From Lytechinus pictus (Eukaryota): a DNA stretch of 64,000 bases. Where the stretch lies: positions 4,032,001 to 4,096,000 of the forward strand of contig NC_087251.1 of the NCBI RefSeq assembly GCF_037042905.1, read 5' to 3'. Every line of letters starts with the position of its first letter. Within the stretch, counting starts at the first letter, position 1. Of this stretch, positions 13,601 to 26,200 are shown one piece after another. The position numbers and the translations under genes are program-made. The notes beneath the pieces were generated by a model. The model worked only from the letters and a program-made list of their open reading frames with translations. It ran no database searches and was not told where the DNA came from.

Positions 13601-14113
13601 CAAACTAAAGAATGATGTGATAATCCCAGTAAACATTTTTTTAAGAAAAATATATAAATGGTGTTTTGTCATTTCCAGTTGACCCAGACTTAGACCACAT
13701 GTTAGCATGTTAATCCTGAGTTAGGAATACAGGCCATAAAGATGACATGATAATTGATGTATATGAATGAAGTGAAGTTGAGCTACACCCCCCAAAAAAG
13801 TGATGTTTTCATGCTATTTCAGCACTACTGTATATTAATTGTAAGCCACATTTATCTTACATTGGTATGTCCTTGTATCCCTTATACAGTCATCATTCCA
13901 CGTATAGAAAACACTATCTCCTACATCACTACTGAACTTGATGAACGAGAGAGGGAAGAGTTTTATCGTTTGAAGAAGATCCAAGAAAAGAAGAAGAAGA
14001 TAAAGGCCAAGGATGAAGCATTGAGAAAGAGCAGACAAGTGCAGGGAAACTATGGGGATTCCAGGAATTTAATAGATGATGATGTAGATGAAGATTTATT
14101 GTTTGACTCATAG
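4692..14113 (+). CDS. ATP6V1D: V-type proton ATPase subunit D, 6 coding exons, 247 aa
   Basis: Exons 4692-4729, 9868-9985, 11711-11790, 12198-12310, 13166-13336, 13890-14113 join in frame (744 nt) with GT-AG introns. Translation [39 protein letters not shown]...[39 protein letters not shown]...[20 protein letters not shown]...DEDLLFDS* matches the recognisable V1-D family. Confidence 0.97.
5237..7693. mobile_element. Foldback (near-perfect palindrome) DNA transposon with 9-bp TSD, AcademH- or MULE-like, interrupted by an insertion
   Basis: Left arm 5237-5527, 15-bp spacer, right arm 5543-5652 plus about 7526-7693; termini TAGTC...GACTA; TSD tatgtcacc at 5228-5236 and 7694-7702. Confidence 0.88.
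5664..7523. mobile_element. Non-autonomous hAT-like (or P-like) element nested in the foldback element
   Basis: TIR caaggctcgacatta / taatgtggagccttg; flanking direct repeat gtgtaga; subterminal GGTGGCCCG/CGGGCCACC motifs at both ends; no transposase ORF. Confidence 0.8.
8154..8736. mobile_element. Kolobok-like palindromic MITE (AGGAGAATGAAAC family)
   Basis: TTAA TSD on both sides; termini AGGAGAATGAAAC/GTTTCATTCTCCT; long imperfect arms; second full copy at 44083-44665. Confidence 0.8.
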
Positions 14114-14543
14114 TGCAATAATAGGAAAAGATTTAGAGGGAGATATTTAGTAAAGAAATATATCTATTTACATCTGGAGGTATTGTATGTTGGTTATGAG
14201 ATGTTTTCTTTTTAAAATGACATTAATTTATAGGAATGTTATGGGTTACTGAGATAAAGATGTCTTCTTTTTTAAATTCATTTAATGCAAAAACTTACAT
14301 ATTTTGTGTATAATATATTATATTGTATGTTATCTTATTTGACAGTTCATTTGAATAATTATCAAATCAATTGTAGTCATGTGATGTTCATTTGTTTACA
14401 GCCAGAATGTTATCCAAACCTGAAACCCAGTACTTGAATACTTAACCAAGTTAAGATAATTCCTGTTTTGTTCAGAATTCTATCATGAGAGTTCATATTA
14501 TGTGTGTTAAATAAGTGGTACCTGTTGGCTCATTTAGCCTAAA

Positions 14544-15091
14544 AGGGTTACTTCAGGCTAAAAATTGTTATTTGAACAGCAATAGTAAAATTAAATGAAC
14601 AAAATTCTGACATTTTTTATCAAAGTTTAGGAAAAACAATGTTATGACTTAATGACAATCAAAATTTTGCATTATTTTGGCGAAACAATTCTATAACGTC
14701 CTCATAAGGCTCATAAATATACAATGAGCGAGCTGATGATATTTTAAATTTCAGTGTTTGGAAATATATATTTGTTTGTCCTTTGAGAATGTAACATTGG
14801 ATTGACTGCTGATATACTGTGCAAGTTAATTTTCTTTTACACACATGAATTGACATTGATTTCATGTAATGAAGTAAGAAAAGGAAAAGTGGAGGACACG
14901 ACATCATCATCCCAACTAGTGCATATTCACGACAACATGCATAAAACTGTTTTCACAAATTATTGCCATACTTAAAATTAGCAACTTCTCTATACATGTA
15001 TATAAGATTTTGCCATTTTTAGTGTTTTGCTCATAATTTTTCTATATATTTGTATTAGGTATCATTATTATTTTCAGACTGAAGTACCCCT
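14544..15091. mobile_element. Kolobok-like MITE just downstream of the ATP6V1D stop codon
   Basis: Termini agggttacttcagg.taaaa / ttttcagactgaagtacccct; right TTAA intact, left degenerate. Confidence 0.65.
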
Positions 15092-16238
15092 TTAAATACT
15101 GTACTGAACAACTCTTCTACCACGGTGTATCATCTGAATAGTATGGTTTGTTGTGCTGGATGATTTAATTGATTGATTGATTCATCAGCCTTTCTGGCCA
15201 CTTATTCATCTATGCTCTTAAGATATAGATACTTCCATGTGTTCCTTTACCCTGAGTAATATATTTTACCAAGATAAACCATCATATACTAGGTGACATA
15301 TACTTACAGTATGCCATCCCTATTTTGTCAGTATGTAATCTCAATCAAAATGTGTGAAAGGGGGGGGGATCACTTAGTTCACTTTCAGGAAATTGTGAAG
15401 TTTTCCTGTTAGTGGTATGTTTACCTTACCTTCTTTTGAATTTGCCACTTCTTTCTTTTTACATTCCAATACCGGGGATAGTGTAGAAGTAATGCCTCTC
15501 TAAAAGGGGAAAAAATCCTTTCATGGCAACTATTGTATTATTGGTTTCATTTAACAACAAGCATAATTTTCAAATATATTGCAGGTTGTGTTGATGGAAA
15601 AGTGAGACAAGGTTTTGGCAAAAAAAAATCAATGATCATGTACATGTAGTTGTAAACATGTATCGTGCATTTAAATGTTATTATTGTATGCTTGTTTTAT
15701 TTAGTGTAATTCATGCAATGTTCAGTACTGGATATTCAAATTGCAAGGGTGTCATTAAACTGACTTCTGTTGTGAAAGTATAAAGATTTGAAATGGTATC
15801 AAATATAAAGATCTAACAAATATAGTGTTTTTTTCTTTGTTAAAAGGGGAATTAAACCCTTGTAACAAGTTAGCTTGTATGAAAACAAGATAACAAATAA
15901 GATCAGTGAATGTACAATGAGAAAATAATATGAAAGTTATGAACACTTGAATTTCAAAATCACTAATGCTATAAAGATCCTCTCATTGGCAATATGCTTT
16001 TCCAGCATTCTAATATTAGAAAAAACTCTGTCCATGATATATTTTATGAAACCTCCATTACATGACCCCCCATGAAAAATATGCCTGATCTGTGGATAGA
16101 ATTAATGAAATGACAAAATATGTAGAAAAGTAATAGGGGAGTTATTCAAGTTGCGACATCACACATTTTGGTCGCATTGCCAATAGAAGGATGTCATCAT
16201 AGTGATCTCAACATTTAACTGCTTATTACTTCTTTTAA

Positions 16239-16687
16239 AGGGCCAAGCCACTGACAAATCATGGGGAAATTGAAATTTGCAAAAGGCCAATTGACTTGCA
16301 TAATATAATCTGTCCGTCATGAGCGCCCGTCGGACTAATGCGATAAAAGTTCGTACAGCACGAATTTGACCGAACTCTTGATGGTTATTTACTTCGGATC
16401 ATCGCAGTTCCAGTTTCCAACAATCCCAATTCCTAGACTCGTAGCATGTCTGTTGATTGCTAAACCAAAATAAATGACCTCTGTTAAGTTACATGTTTCA
16501 AAGGTGAAAACGCGCAGTTTACTTCTGGTTGGTTAGTCTACTAATTGCTCTCCTATAGACCTCCCAGACATGCCGGCGTCTATTACATAATACACCCCCA
16601 GGCATGCGGCCGAGTGAAAGACTTGAATCCCTTCTCTGTTCTGAGATTAGCCTTGATTTCCCCATGATTTGTCAATTAAAGGTCGCT
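16239..16687. mobile_element. TTAA-flanked MITE nested in a decayed AGGAGAA-family element (about 16020-16780)
   Basis: TTAA at 16235-16238 and 16688-16691; internal inverted repeat tgacaaatcatggggaaat / atttccccatgatttgtca; the flanks rejoin into the right arm of the 8154-type element. Confidence 0.65.
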
Positions 16688-19600
16688 TTAATGTTCATCT
16701 TTTTTCAAATTTTCATTGATGTGTGTCTTTGATTTTTCTTTTCTCATATAAGCTAACTTGTTCTTTGGGTTTTGTTCTCTATATTAGATGGTCTTGGTTT
16801 TTATGGGTAGAGGAGACAAAAGTCAATGGGCAGAGGAGACAAGTCAATTTAATGTAATGGTAAAAGTAAATGGAAAAGGATATCAATCTAGAAACTGGTT
16901 CGAATCTTAAATTACTATATAATGAGTTTTTTATGTAGTAACATACATGTACGAATTTTAATTTGGGTGCAATATTACATTTTTTCAATAGGTTTACTAA
17001 ATTTTGTGAAACAATAAACTCTAAAAGGCTTTTAATACCCCTTTCCAATTTACAGTCATTTCGCTGGCTGAAATAATAATTTGGCAAATCAAAATTCAGA
17101 TGTAAAGATTTTGCTTGGGCAAAGAGTTGGTTCAGGTCTGACCAAGGCAAAAAAGCTTTTTTTGGTGTCACAATATTTTAAGGTCATGCATGCATGTATG
17201 TAGGTAGATACAGGTACATAGATAGGAAGGGGTTTAAGGTTTACTTTTGTCAGCCTTCATGGAGAATTTGACACCATTCTGATGTGTATTGGATAATTTT
17301 TGTCTGTTATCCAGGTTGGAATGAGTTTAATGAACAGCAGACATTCTATGATATTATTTCCACCCATTGTCACATGTGGAAGTGCTGTATTTTGCCTGAC
17401 AAACAGCACCTGAAGCTAATAGTGGGACTGTTTGTTCACATTGCTCCAGAGATGTTACTAGAGTACAGGTATCTCTATTGCTTTTCATAATGGCTGGTGT
17501 CAGCAAAATTTTTGTATACTCTCCATGAAATCCAACAATGTATTTTACCTACATATACCAATGAATACAAAAGAATTTAGAATCTGCTTTTGCTATGAAT
17601 ATAAAGTGTTTATTACAATATATATATGAAAATACATAATTCTCATCATTTGTAATGCTTTCCATGAAATGTTGTTCCATTTACAAAAGAAAGTATAGCA
17701 TAAACCTACAAAAAGAAAAAAAATTGCACTACTTGGGTTACTTCATTTTAATGAAAAGTTAGCAATAAAATGGATACATGTACATATCTATAATGATAAA
17801 CCATAGTAATTGTGTCTTTGTGTCCTTTCGTAAGCCCCACCTAAGCTTAGAGCAGTCAACAAATATTTCAGTCATATGATACATACCAGTGGACGTCAAA
17901 TGTACACACTCCTCATTTAACTACTGGAATTCATGAAAAAGTTCTTATGTATTCACAAGTACCCAAATAACATAGCTTTTTACTTGGCAATTACAAAAAT
18001 TATGGAAAAAGCAAATAGATATTTGACAGGAATGCATATGTGGTATAAAATTTGTAGGGTTACAAATGATTATCATTTAATGGCAAGGAAATTTGACTTA
18101 AGTTATCAACTTATTGACATCTCAGAAGGATTCCTCAGATAGGGTACAGGCAAATACTACTATAACCATAATAGAAAAACCCTTCTGGAAAAAAAATGAT
18201 AAAGAGGGTTTATCTAGAAAACAGACATTTTCTCTATGTGAGAAGGAAGAAAAACACAAATGCAAATTATTAACCATAAACTGCAAACAGTTGTGATTAA
18301 CACACATCTATTATATCTAATTATGATTTCATTCAGATTTCTCACAAACATATTTACATACAGCATTTTAAATAAGATGTAAAAATATACCTAAGCAAAC
18401 AGATTCTGCCATGAGATTTCTAATATCCAGAGGATATAGTAGCATATGAGGTAATTCATTCAGAAAGCAGTACTTGACGATTCCTAAAGCAAAGTATAAA
18501 TCACACATGCATTTCAATATGAATTTCTAATGGTAAGATATTTCACATTAAGTGCACTCCACCACACAGTTTAAATGACCTATAAAGAAAATTATATCAA
18601 GTCAGGAAATTACAAATGGTAAAAACTAATGGAATATTACTTTCCAGAAGTAATATTAAGTATTCCCAGAACTAATATTCCATGAACACGGGGTTGTAGT
18701 ATTGCAAAGTTTTTCCTTCCAAAATACAATTCAGTTATTAAGAGTGGAGGTTCTGATGACACAATTTTTTACTCAACATAATTTGCAGTATCAGACCATT
18801 TATCTAGCCTTGCAATGGAAATGTTCCCTGACAGCTAAGTTCTACAGGTTTGCAGTTCTGGAATTGTCATGGACTTTTCTTGCAGTCCTATATAAATGAT
18901 GTACATTCACCATTCAAAGAACTTATTTAAATGAAAGCAAAAAGTAAATCTATTTACCTTGTATGCAATTGCTAGCAATTCACACTACGTTACAACAAAA
19001 TGCAAAAAGATAGCCTGCAAAATGTTATGACTTTTCTGAAAGTCTCGCGCAACTGTTGAGACTAATAGCTATTTTTTTTACTTTGTGTACAAAGTCTATG
19101 GGAGGTGAAATTCATATAAAGGTTATAATTTTTTTTCTAATTTGTCTGCTTAATTAATTTAGGGTTTAATTGAGTTTTTAAATGGTCTATAATAATTTCC
19201 ATTGAAAAAAAAAAAATATATATACATAAGAAATTCTAAAAACACAGAAATACATAGGGAAAAAATTTGGCTTTTGCAATATTTCTTTGTGGAAACCTTT
19301 AAATTAGATTACAAAGATGACATCTGGGAAAAAAAAAATTTTGAAGTGAAATTGGGTGTTAAATATGCAAATAACGTTTTTCACGAATAGATTTGCATAT
19401 TTTATTCATAATTATTTTCAGAATTTTTTTTTATACTTGTAGTTTATGTGGTAAAGAATGTGAGCGCAAACGCCGAGATCAGAAGGGGGGGGGGGCTGTC
19501 ATGGCCCCCCCCCCCCAGTCCTCAATACATGTCAAATAGCCCAGTCCTTTTAGGGTTAAAAAGAGGGATGGTTGAAAATACCCATTAAAGTTTGGAGATG

Positions 19601-20228
19601 CTAAGTACTATAATTTCTTTTTTCAAAGGTTGGCAGCTCTGCTTCCGACACTTCAACAAGAACATTAACAAGAACGATCAGAAAAATTAGATATGAAATA
19701 CTGGTGAAGGTGTAATGAAAATCCATCAAAGAATAAGGGAGTTATGAATTTTAAAACTTTTGATTTTGTGACATCTCAGACAAGCAGCTCCTCTATATGT
19801 TGTATGATATAAACTCCCCAAAATGCCTTTTCTCAAAACTTTGAAAGTAATTTTATCTGTGTGGCGGATGTATCATCCAAGACATTTCATACCCCCTTCT
19901 ATAAGAAAAATTTGTTTTCATTATATTCCATTTAAAAATTTGAATCTAGGGACATTACACGATAAAAATTATGGGGAAGCTGCTCGCATATGATGTCACA
20001 AATTTGTTAAATTTGGCAGAGTCTCTGACTATTAAATACCTAAAACTATGTCTCTTCTCTGTGCCTTACATTCGTTTCCAATCTTGCCCAATAATGTTGG
20101 CTTGATGGAGGTTATCAGTCAGTCTGGTAAGAGAATGAGTTAGATGTGAAGTTTATTGTAGTCTTTCTTTGTATCTTCTTCATACTAGGAGCGATTGACA
20201 CCCGGCCAGAGACATCTAATATCTTTTT

Positions 20229-23200
20229 TCAGTCATCCTAGAAGAGATGGAAATCAAATAAAATACTTGATTTATTATGTCAGGAATAGGGTCTGATCAT
20301 TCAATGATAGACAACATCTGCAAAAAAAAAATTGATATATGCAATAGCATTCTAGCCTCCCTATCTTTCCTGCACATGATATTAAAAACGAATCAAATTG
20401 TCTTTGTATAATCCATTCACCAAAATCATTAAATGTCCATACTTTAAGTCAATCAGACCAAATCATTGATTTAATTTATTATTGTACAATGCCTACTTGC
20501 TTTACAATTTACCCAACACCCAGTTATCTAAACTCCAAAAGCCTCAAAACGCTGCAGCACGCATGGTCACCCTATCTAAAAAACATGTTCATACCGCACC
20601 CATTCTGAAATCTCTACATTGGTTAAAGATCAACGATCACATCGTCTTCAAAATCCTTCTACTTCTATTCCATGCAATTATTACAATGCAATATTAATCT
20701 CATTATCAAATACACTCCTGTCAGGTCTCTACTTTCATCCAACTCTGGTTCCCTAGTTATTCCCAAATCTATTAAAACATGGGGGCACAGGTTTTTGCTC
20801 ACGCTGGCCAGCCCATTGCATGCACTTAGTAATTGCAGACGCGCAGGTTTACTGGCTAAATGTGCATTGTCATTGCAGATCAGATGCACATTTTAGGGAC
20901 TTTTGCTTTCAAAAATTTGTCTCTTATTTTTATAGATTAAACTAGGAACAAGTGGAGCGCCTCTTGCTGTCTCACCTGCATCGCGCGATTCAATATAGCA
21001 GCAGTGCTGACTTTGAAAACTACTATAAAATAATTATTCAAAAAAACACCATTCATATAATGATAAAATACTACATTCATTGACAATAAATGACATTTGA
21101 CCTTGACCATGCGACCTAAAACTTGTCAGTGATACTTGATTACCCCTATATCCACATTTTATAAACTGTATCTCTAAACTTTGAAAGTTATGACAGCAAT
21201 CTAATAATTACTTCCAAAATGGCCAAAGTTCAATGACATTAAATGACCTTTGACTTCGGTCATGTGACCTGAAACTCGCATGAGATGTTCAGTGATACTT
21301 GATTACTCTTATGTCCAAGTTTTATGAACTAGATCCATACACTTTCAGAATTATGATGGTTATTTAACAAATACCCCCAACATGGCCAAAGTCCATTGAC
21401 CTTTGACTTTGGTCATGTGACCTGAAACTCGCACAGGATGTTCAGTGATGCTTGATTACTCTTATGTCCAAGTTCTATTAACTAGACCAATACACTTACA
21501 GAGTTATGTTGTTAATTCTACAAATTATACCCCCACCATGGCCAAAGTTCATTGATCTTAAATGACCTTTGACCTTGATCATGTGACCTGAAACTCGCAC
21601 AGGATGTTCAGTGATACTTGATTACTCTTGTGTCCAAATTTTATGAATCAGATCGATAAACTATCAAAGTTACGATGGTAATTCAACAGATCCCCCCTAC
21701 ATGGCCAAAGTTCATAGACCTTTGACCTTAATCATGTGACCTGACATTCACACAGGATATTTAGTGATACTTGATTACTCTTATGTCCAAGTTTTATGAA
21801 CTAGACCAATAAACTTTCAAAGTTATGATGGTAATTCAACAAATACCCCCAACTTGGCCAAAGTTCATTGACCTTAAATGACCTTTGACCTTGGTCATGT
21901 GACTTTAAACTCCGGCAGGATGTTCAGTAATACTTGATTAACATTATGTCCAAGTTTCATGAACTAGGTCCATATACTTTCTAAGTTACGATGGTAATTC
22001 AACAGATCCCCCCAACATGGCCAAAGTTCATAGACCTTTGACCTTGGTCATGTGACCTGATATTCACACAGGATGTTTAGTGATACTTGATTACTCTTAT
22101 ATCCAAGTTTTATGAACTAGACCAATAAACTTTCAAAGTTATGACGGTAATTCAACAAATACCCCCAACTTGGCCAAAGTTCATTGACCTTACATGACCT
22201 TTGACCTTGGTCATGTGACTTTAAACTCCGGCAGGATGTTCAGGAATACTTGATTAACATTATGTCCAAGTTTCATGAACTAGGTCTATATACTTTCTAA
22301 GTTATGATGTCATTTCAAAAACTTAACCTTAGGTTAAGATTTTGATGTTGATTCCCCCAACATGGTCTAAGTTCATTGACCCCAAATGATCTTTGGCCTT
22401 GGTCATGTGACCTGAAACTCAGGCAGGATGTTCAGTAATACTTGATTAAGCTTATGTCCAAGTTTCATGAACTTGGTCCATATACTTTTTAAGTTATGTC
22501 ATTTCAAAAACTTAACCTTCAGTTAAGATTTGGTGTTGACGCCACCGTCGCCTATAGTCTCACTCTGCTATGCAGGTGAGACAAAAGCTTGATTATTGTT
22601 TGTATTTTCGCTAACTTCGAAGGCATTGTACAACACAAATAGCGAATATTCTTATTCGTGCAATGGCGGAGGTTTCGCATTCGGTGAAAGAAATTAACAA
22701 TCTTTCTATCACCTCATGCGAAATCGTATTCATGCCTATTCGCTATTTGTATACTATAAAGCAACATTAAAGGTACCATTCTCATTTGATATTCAAAACT
22801 GATTTCACTCAAACTGAATTGTATATTAGGGTGAATAATGGAATCACCAAAGGGTAATCCAGTTAGTAAAATATTGTTATGTAACATTGATAACTCTGAG
22901 AAATAATGTCCCTAATTGCTCATGATGTTGATTTTCACAAATTCTCCAATTTCATTCACCTCAACAAAGAATAAAAAATCTTGAATCAGTGCAAATTACA
23001 AAATTTATTGACTTTTGCTGAAAATTTCAATAAATTTTACTGAAATTATGCAAAGATCCTTCAATTTAACTAAACACAACATCAAAAGTAAGTTCCCCCT
23101 CAAGAACCCCAATCAAATTGTCAGGTGTAACAAATCATTTAAGTTGAAACCAAGCATGGGATATAGCTAGGGTTGTTAGAAAGTGTTTTTTTTTCACAAA

Positions 23201-26200
23201 TTTGCTACATCCATGACTTAACGGCTTTATTAGCACAACATGAACAAAAAAATGACACTTCAAAGACAGCAAATCTGCGTTTTAATGATTTTTTTTGTGA
23301 AAATTACTGTAATGCTTGCTTTCACGGCTTAAGAATCACAAATTAAAGACCATATAAGTAATTTTCAAATTTACAAGAGTGATTTAAAACATTTCAGTTC
23401 ATTTTCAATGTGCCATCTTGTCACATCCCTTTTCATTCAAAGTCATGCTTTGGACACAAAGGGGTGAGCAGCATGAGGAATACTGTGTTCAACCAATCAC
23501 AGAGTTTGGTGGTGGAAGCCGGAATAGCTACAACGACCAAGACACCGCTCATCATTAATGGACACCTGAATGCCAACAGATACGTGGATGAAATCCTGCA
23601 TCCACATGTCGTACCAGTCGCCGCTGCCATTGGTGATGACTTTGAACTGATGGATGACAACGCTCGCCCACATCGAGCAAGAGCGGGATGCGTTCTTGGC
23701 ACATGAGGGTATCAAAGGATGGTGTGGCCCGTCAACTCACCTGACCTTAACCCACTTGAACATCTGTAGGACCAGCTAAAGCGAGCTGTATGTGCACGCA
23801 TTAATGCCAACACCATCCTTGCTGACCTGGCCCAGATGTTGGAAGAAGAATAGAATGCCATTCCCCAGCAAAGAGCCACAAGACTCGTGTACGCCATGAG
23901 GTGAAGGGGCCAAGAAGTCATAGAAAAACGTGGCGGCTACACACATTATTAAACTGTATACTCTCTGATAAAGAATAAGTCAATAAAGCAAAGATTTTGC
24001 TGTTTTTGAAAATGCGTCATTTTCTGTTGGTGTTGTGCTCATTCAGTCGTTAGGTCACGGATATCTCTAATTTTCGAGAATATGATTCCTAATAACCCTA
24101 GCAATATCCCATGCTTGGTTTCAACTTGAATAATTTGTTACAATGGCAGATTTGATGGGGTTCTTTAGAGGGGAACTTGCTTTTGATGTTGTAATGCAAA
24201 AGCTGCCTCACAGTAAGCTTAGTGAATTTGATCTCTTGCAATAAACTCACCCATTCATCATCCCCTGCTCCTTCATTCTCTTCCTGTCCTGGTTTAGGGT
24301 TGGGTGGGTCATGTGACTTGACACTCATAATCTTGTCTGTCCAGGATTCTCCTAACTGACCTGATCCAGCCATGTTGGTTATCTCCTTCGTCTTCGTATC
24401 CAACTTCCCTACAGAATCTTAGTCATTATGTGAGTAAGAAAAGAAAATAATTATTGGTCTATTATGGAAACTAATATCATTCTACTTCCAATCTGTTTGG
24501 GCAATAAGTGTTCAAAGAAAAGTCATCATTAACCATCTCTTACATTATAAATAGGTATTAATTGAAGCATCAGATCTTTTTGTAAGCCCTACTGAATAGT
24601 TACACTGCAAAACATACACATTAATGTAAGATCCACTTATGTTTGATTTTATCTTTCAATCCTGCAACAATCATTCCAGTAACGTTGGTAACTTGATTAG
24701 AAAGTAATCCCAAATGGATGCACTTGTTTGATTTTTGAGGTTACGAGATGCATATCGAATGTTCATTGTCTGTAAGGTTATAGCAATGAATAGCAAACTA
24801 AATATGCCATATTGAATAATTTGTATATTCATACTATATACTATACAGATTCGATGAATACTTAATTTCATAATACATAAAAATACATTAAAAAAAGAAA
24901 TAAATAATTTTATATAATAAAATACAAAAGAACAAGTGGGGATATGACATCATCAGTTTGCTGATTGAATATTCATGAAGACATGCCTAGAAGTACTGTT
25001 TCACCGGAATAATGCAAATCTTTAAAATGCCGTAACTTTGTTATTCCTTGTCTGATTTTGATCAAATTTTCAGTGTTTTGTTTGTCTGATTTTTCTTAAT
25101 GTGTTCATATCAAATTATTTTTAGCCTGGAGTATCCCTTTAAAGGTGTCAAAACACTGAAATACTGAAAAAAGGATATATATTTCGCCAGGAAAGCTATG
25201 TGTTACGGTGAAATTTTTGAGGGTATAAAAAAAAGGACTAAAATGCTTTATAAAGGATGTACTTTTGGCCCAACACTACGTCTTGGGGTTTTGAGCGAGG
25301 TGTGGTGGTACTAAAGGTAAAGCCGACATCCGTGACATAACAATTAACATATTGCTGTACAGGGGGTCAATTCAGGGAATAGTTGTCAAGGGTACCATTT
25401 TGTTTCCAATACTTGTTAAGGGTAGGGTTTCACTTGGCAATACTTGTTAAGGGGTGCATTTTAAGAATATGGAAAATACTTGTTTAAGGGTGCTTTTAAG
25501 AACCCCATGGTTGCCCTGGTATCCACTCGTCAATGGAAGTCCCCCCCCCCTCGGGAATTTGTCTGTCTCTGCATCCAGAATTTGAGAATGACAATATGGA
25601 TAGCATATCATGAAAATATAGAAATAGAAATGAAATCAATCTGAAATCTATAGGAGATAAAATTACTGAACCAGATTCTTACAAATGAAAGGTCCATCTC
25701 CTTTAGTCCTGAGTAAGATGCTATCATCATCTTCAAAATCCATATCCTTTAGTTCAAGCTCCGTCATCCAGAATGCTAAGCATCCATCAGGGGTGTGTCT
25801 TTGGGTCAGAGTTGTTAGAGATGGTTTGTTGACCAGTGTAGAGAGCTGGGATTGTGTAAGGCGGTCAGTCTGTCCTTTGGCTTCTACCTCTTTAAAAGCA
25901 TATGGAGTGAAATTTGGTGTCAACATTTGATTCTAGCTGGTATACAGAAAATAATATTACTAGAATGGCTTAAATAAGATTAAAGTTTACTTCGAATGGA
26001 TAGTCTAGGGGAATCCCATGGTTTAAAGTTGGTTATTGGTATGTAAGACAGTTCTATACAATGCATCAACAATTACGGCAAGAAAGGGAAAACCATATCC
26101 ATATCCCCAAAAAATAAATAAATCTTCACAATACCATAGAATAGTATTACTAGCATAGCCGGGCACTTAGGAATGACAACTAGAACAATATTTTTAAATC

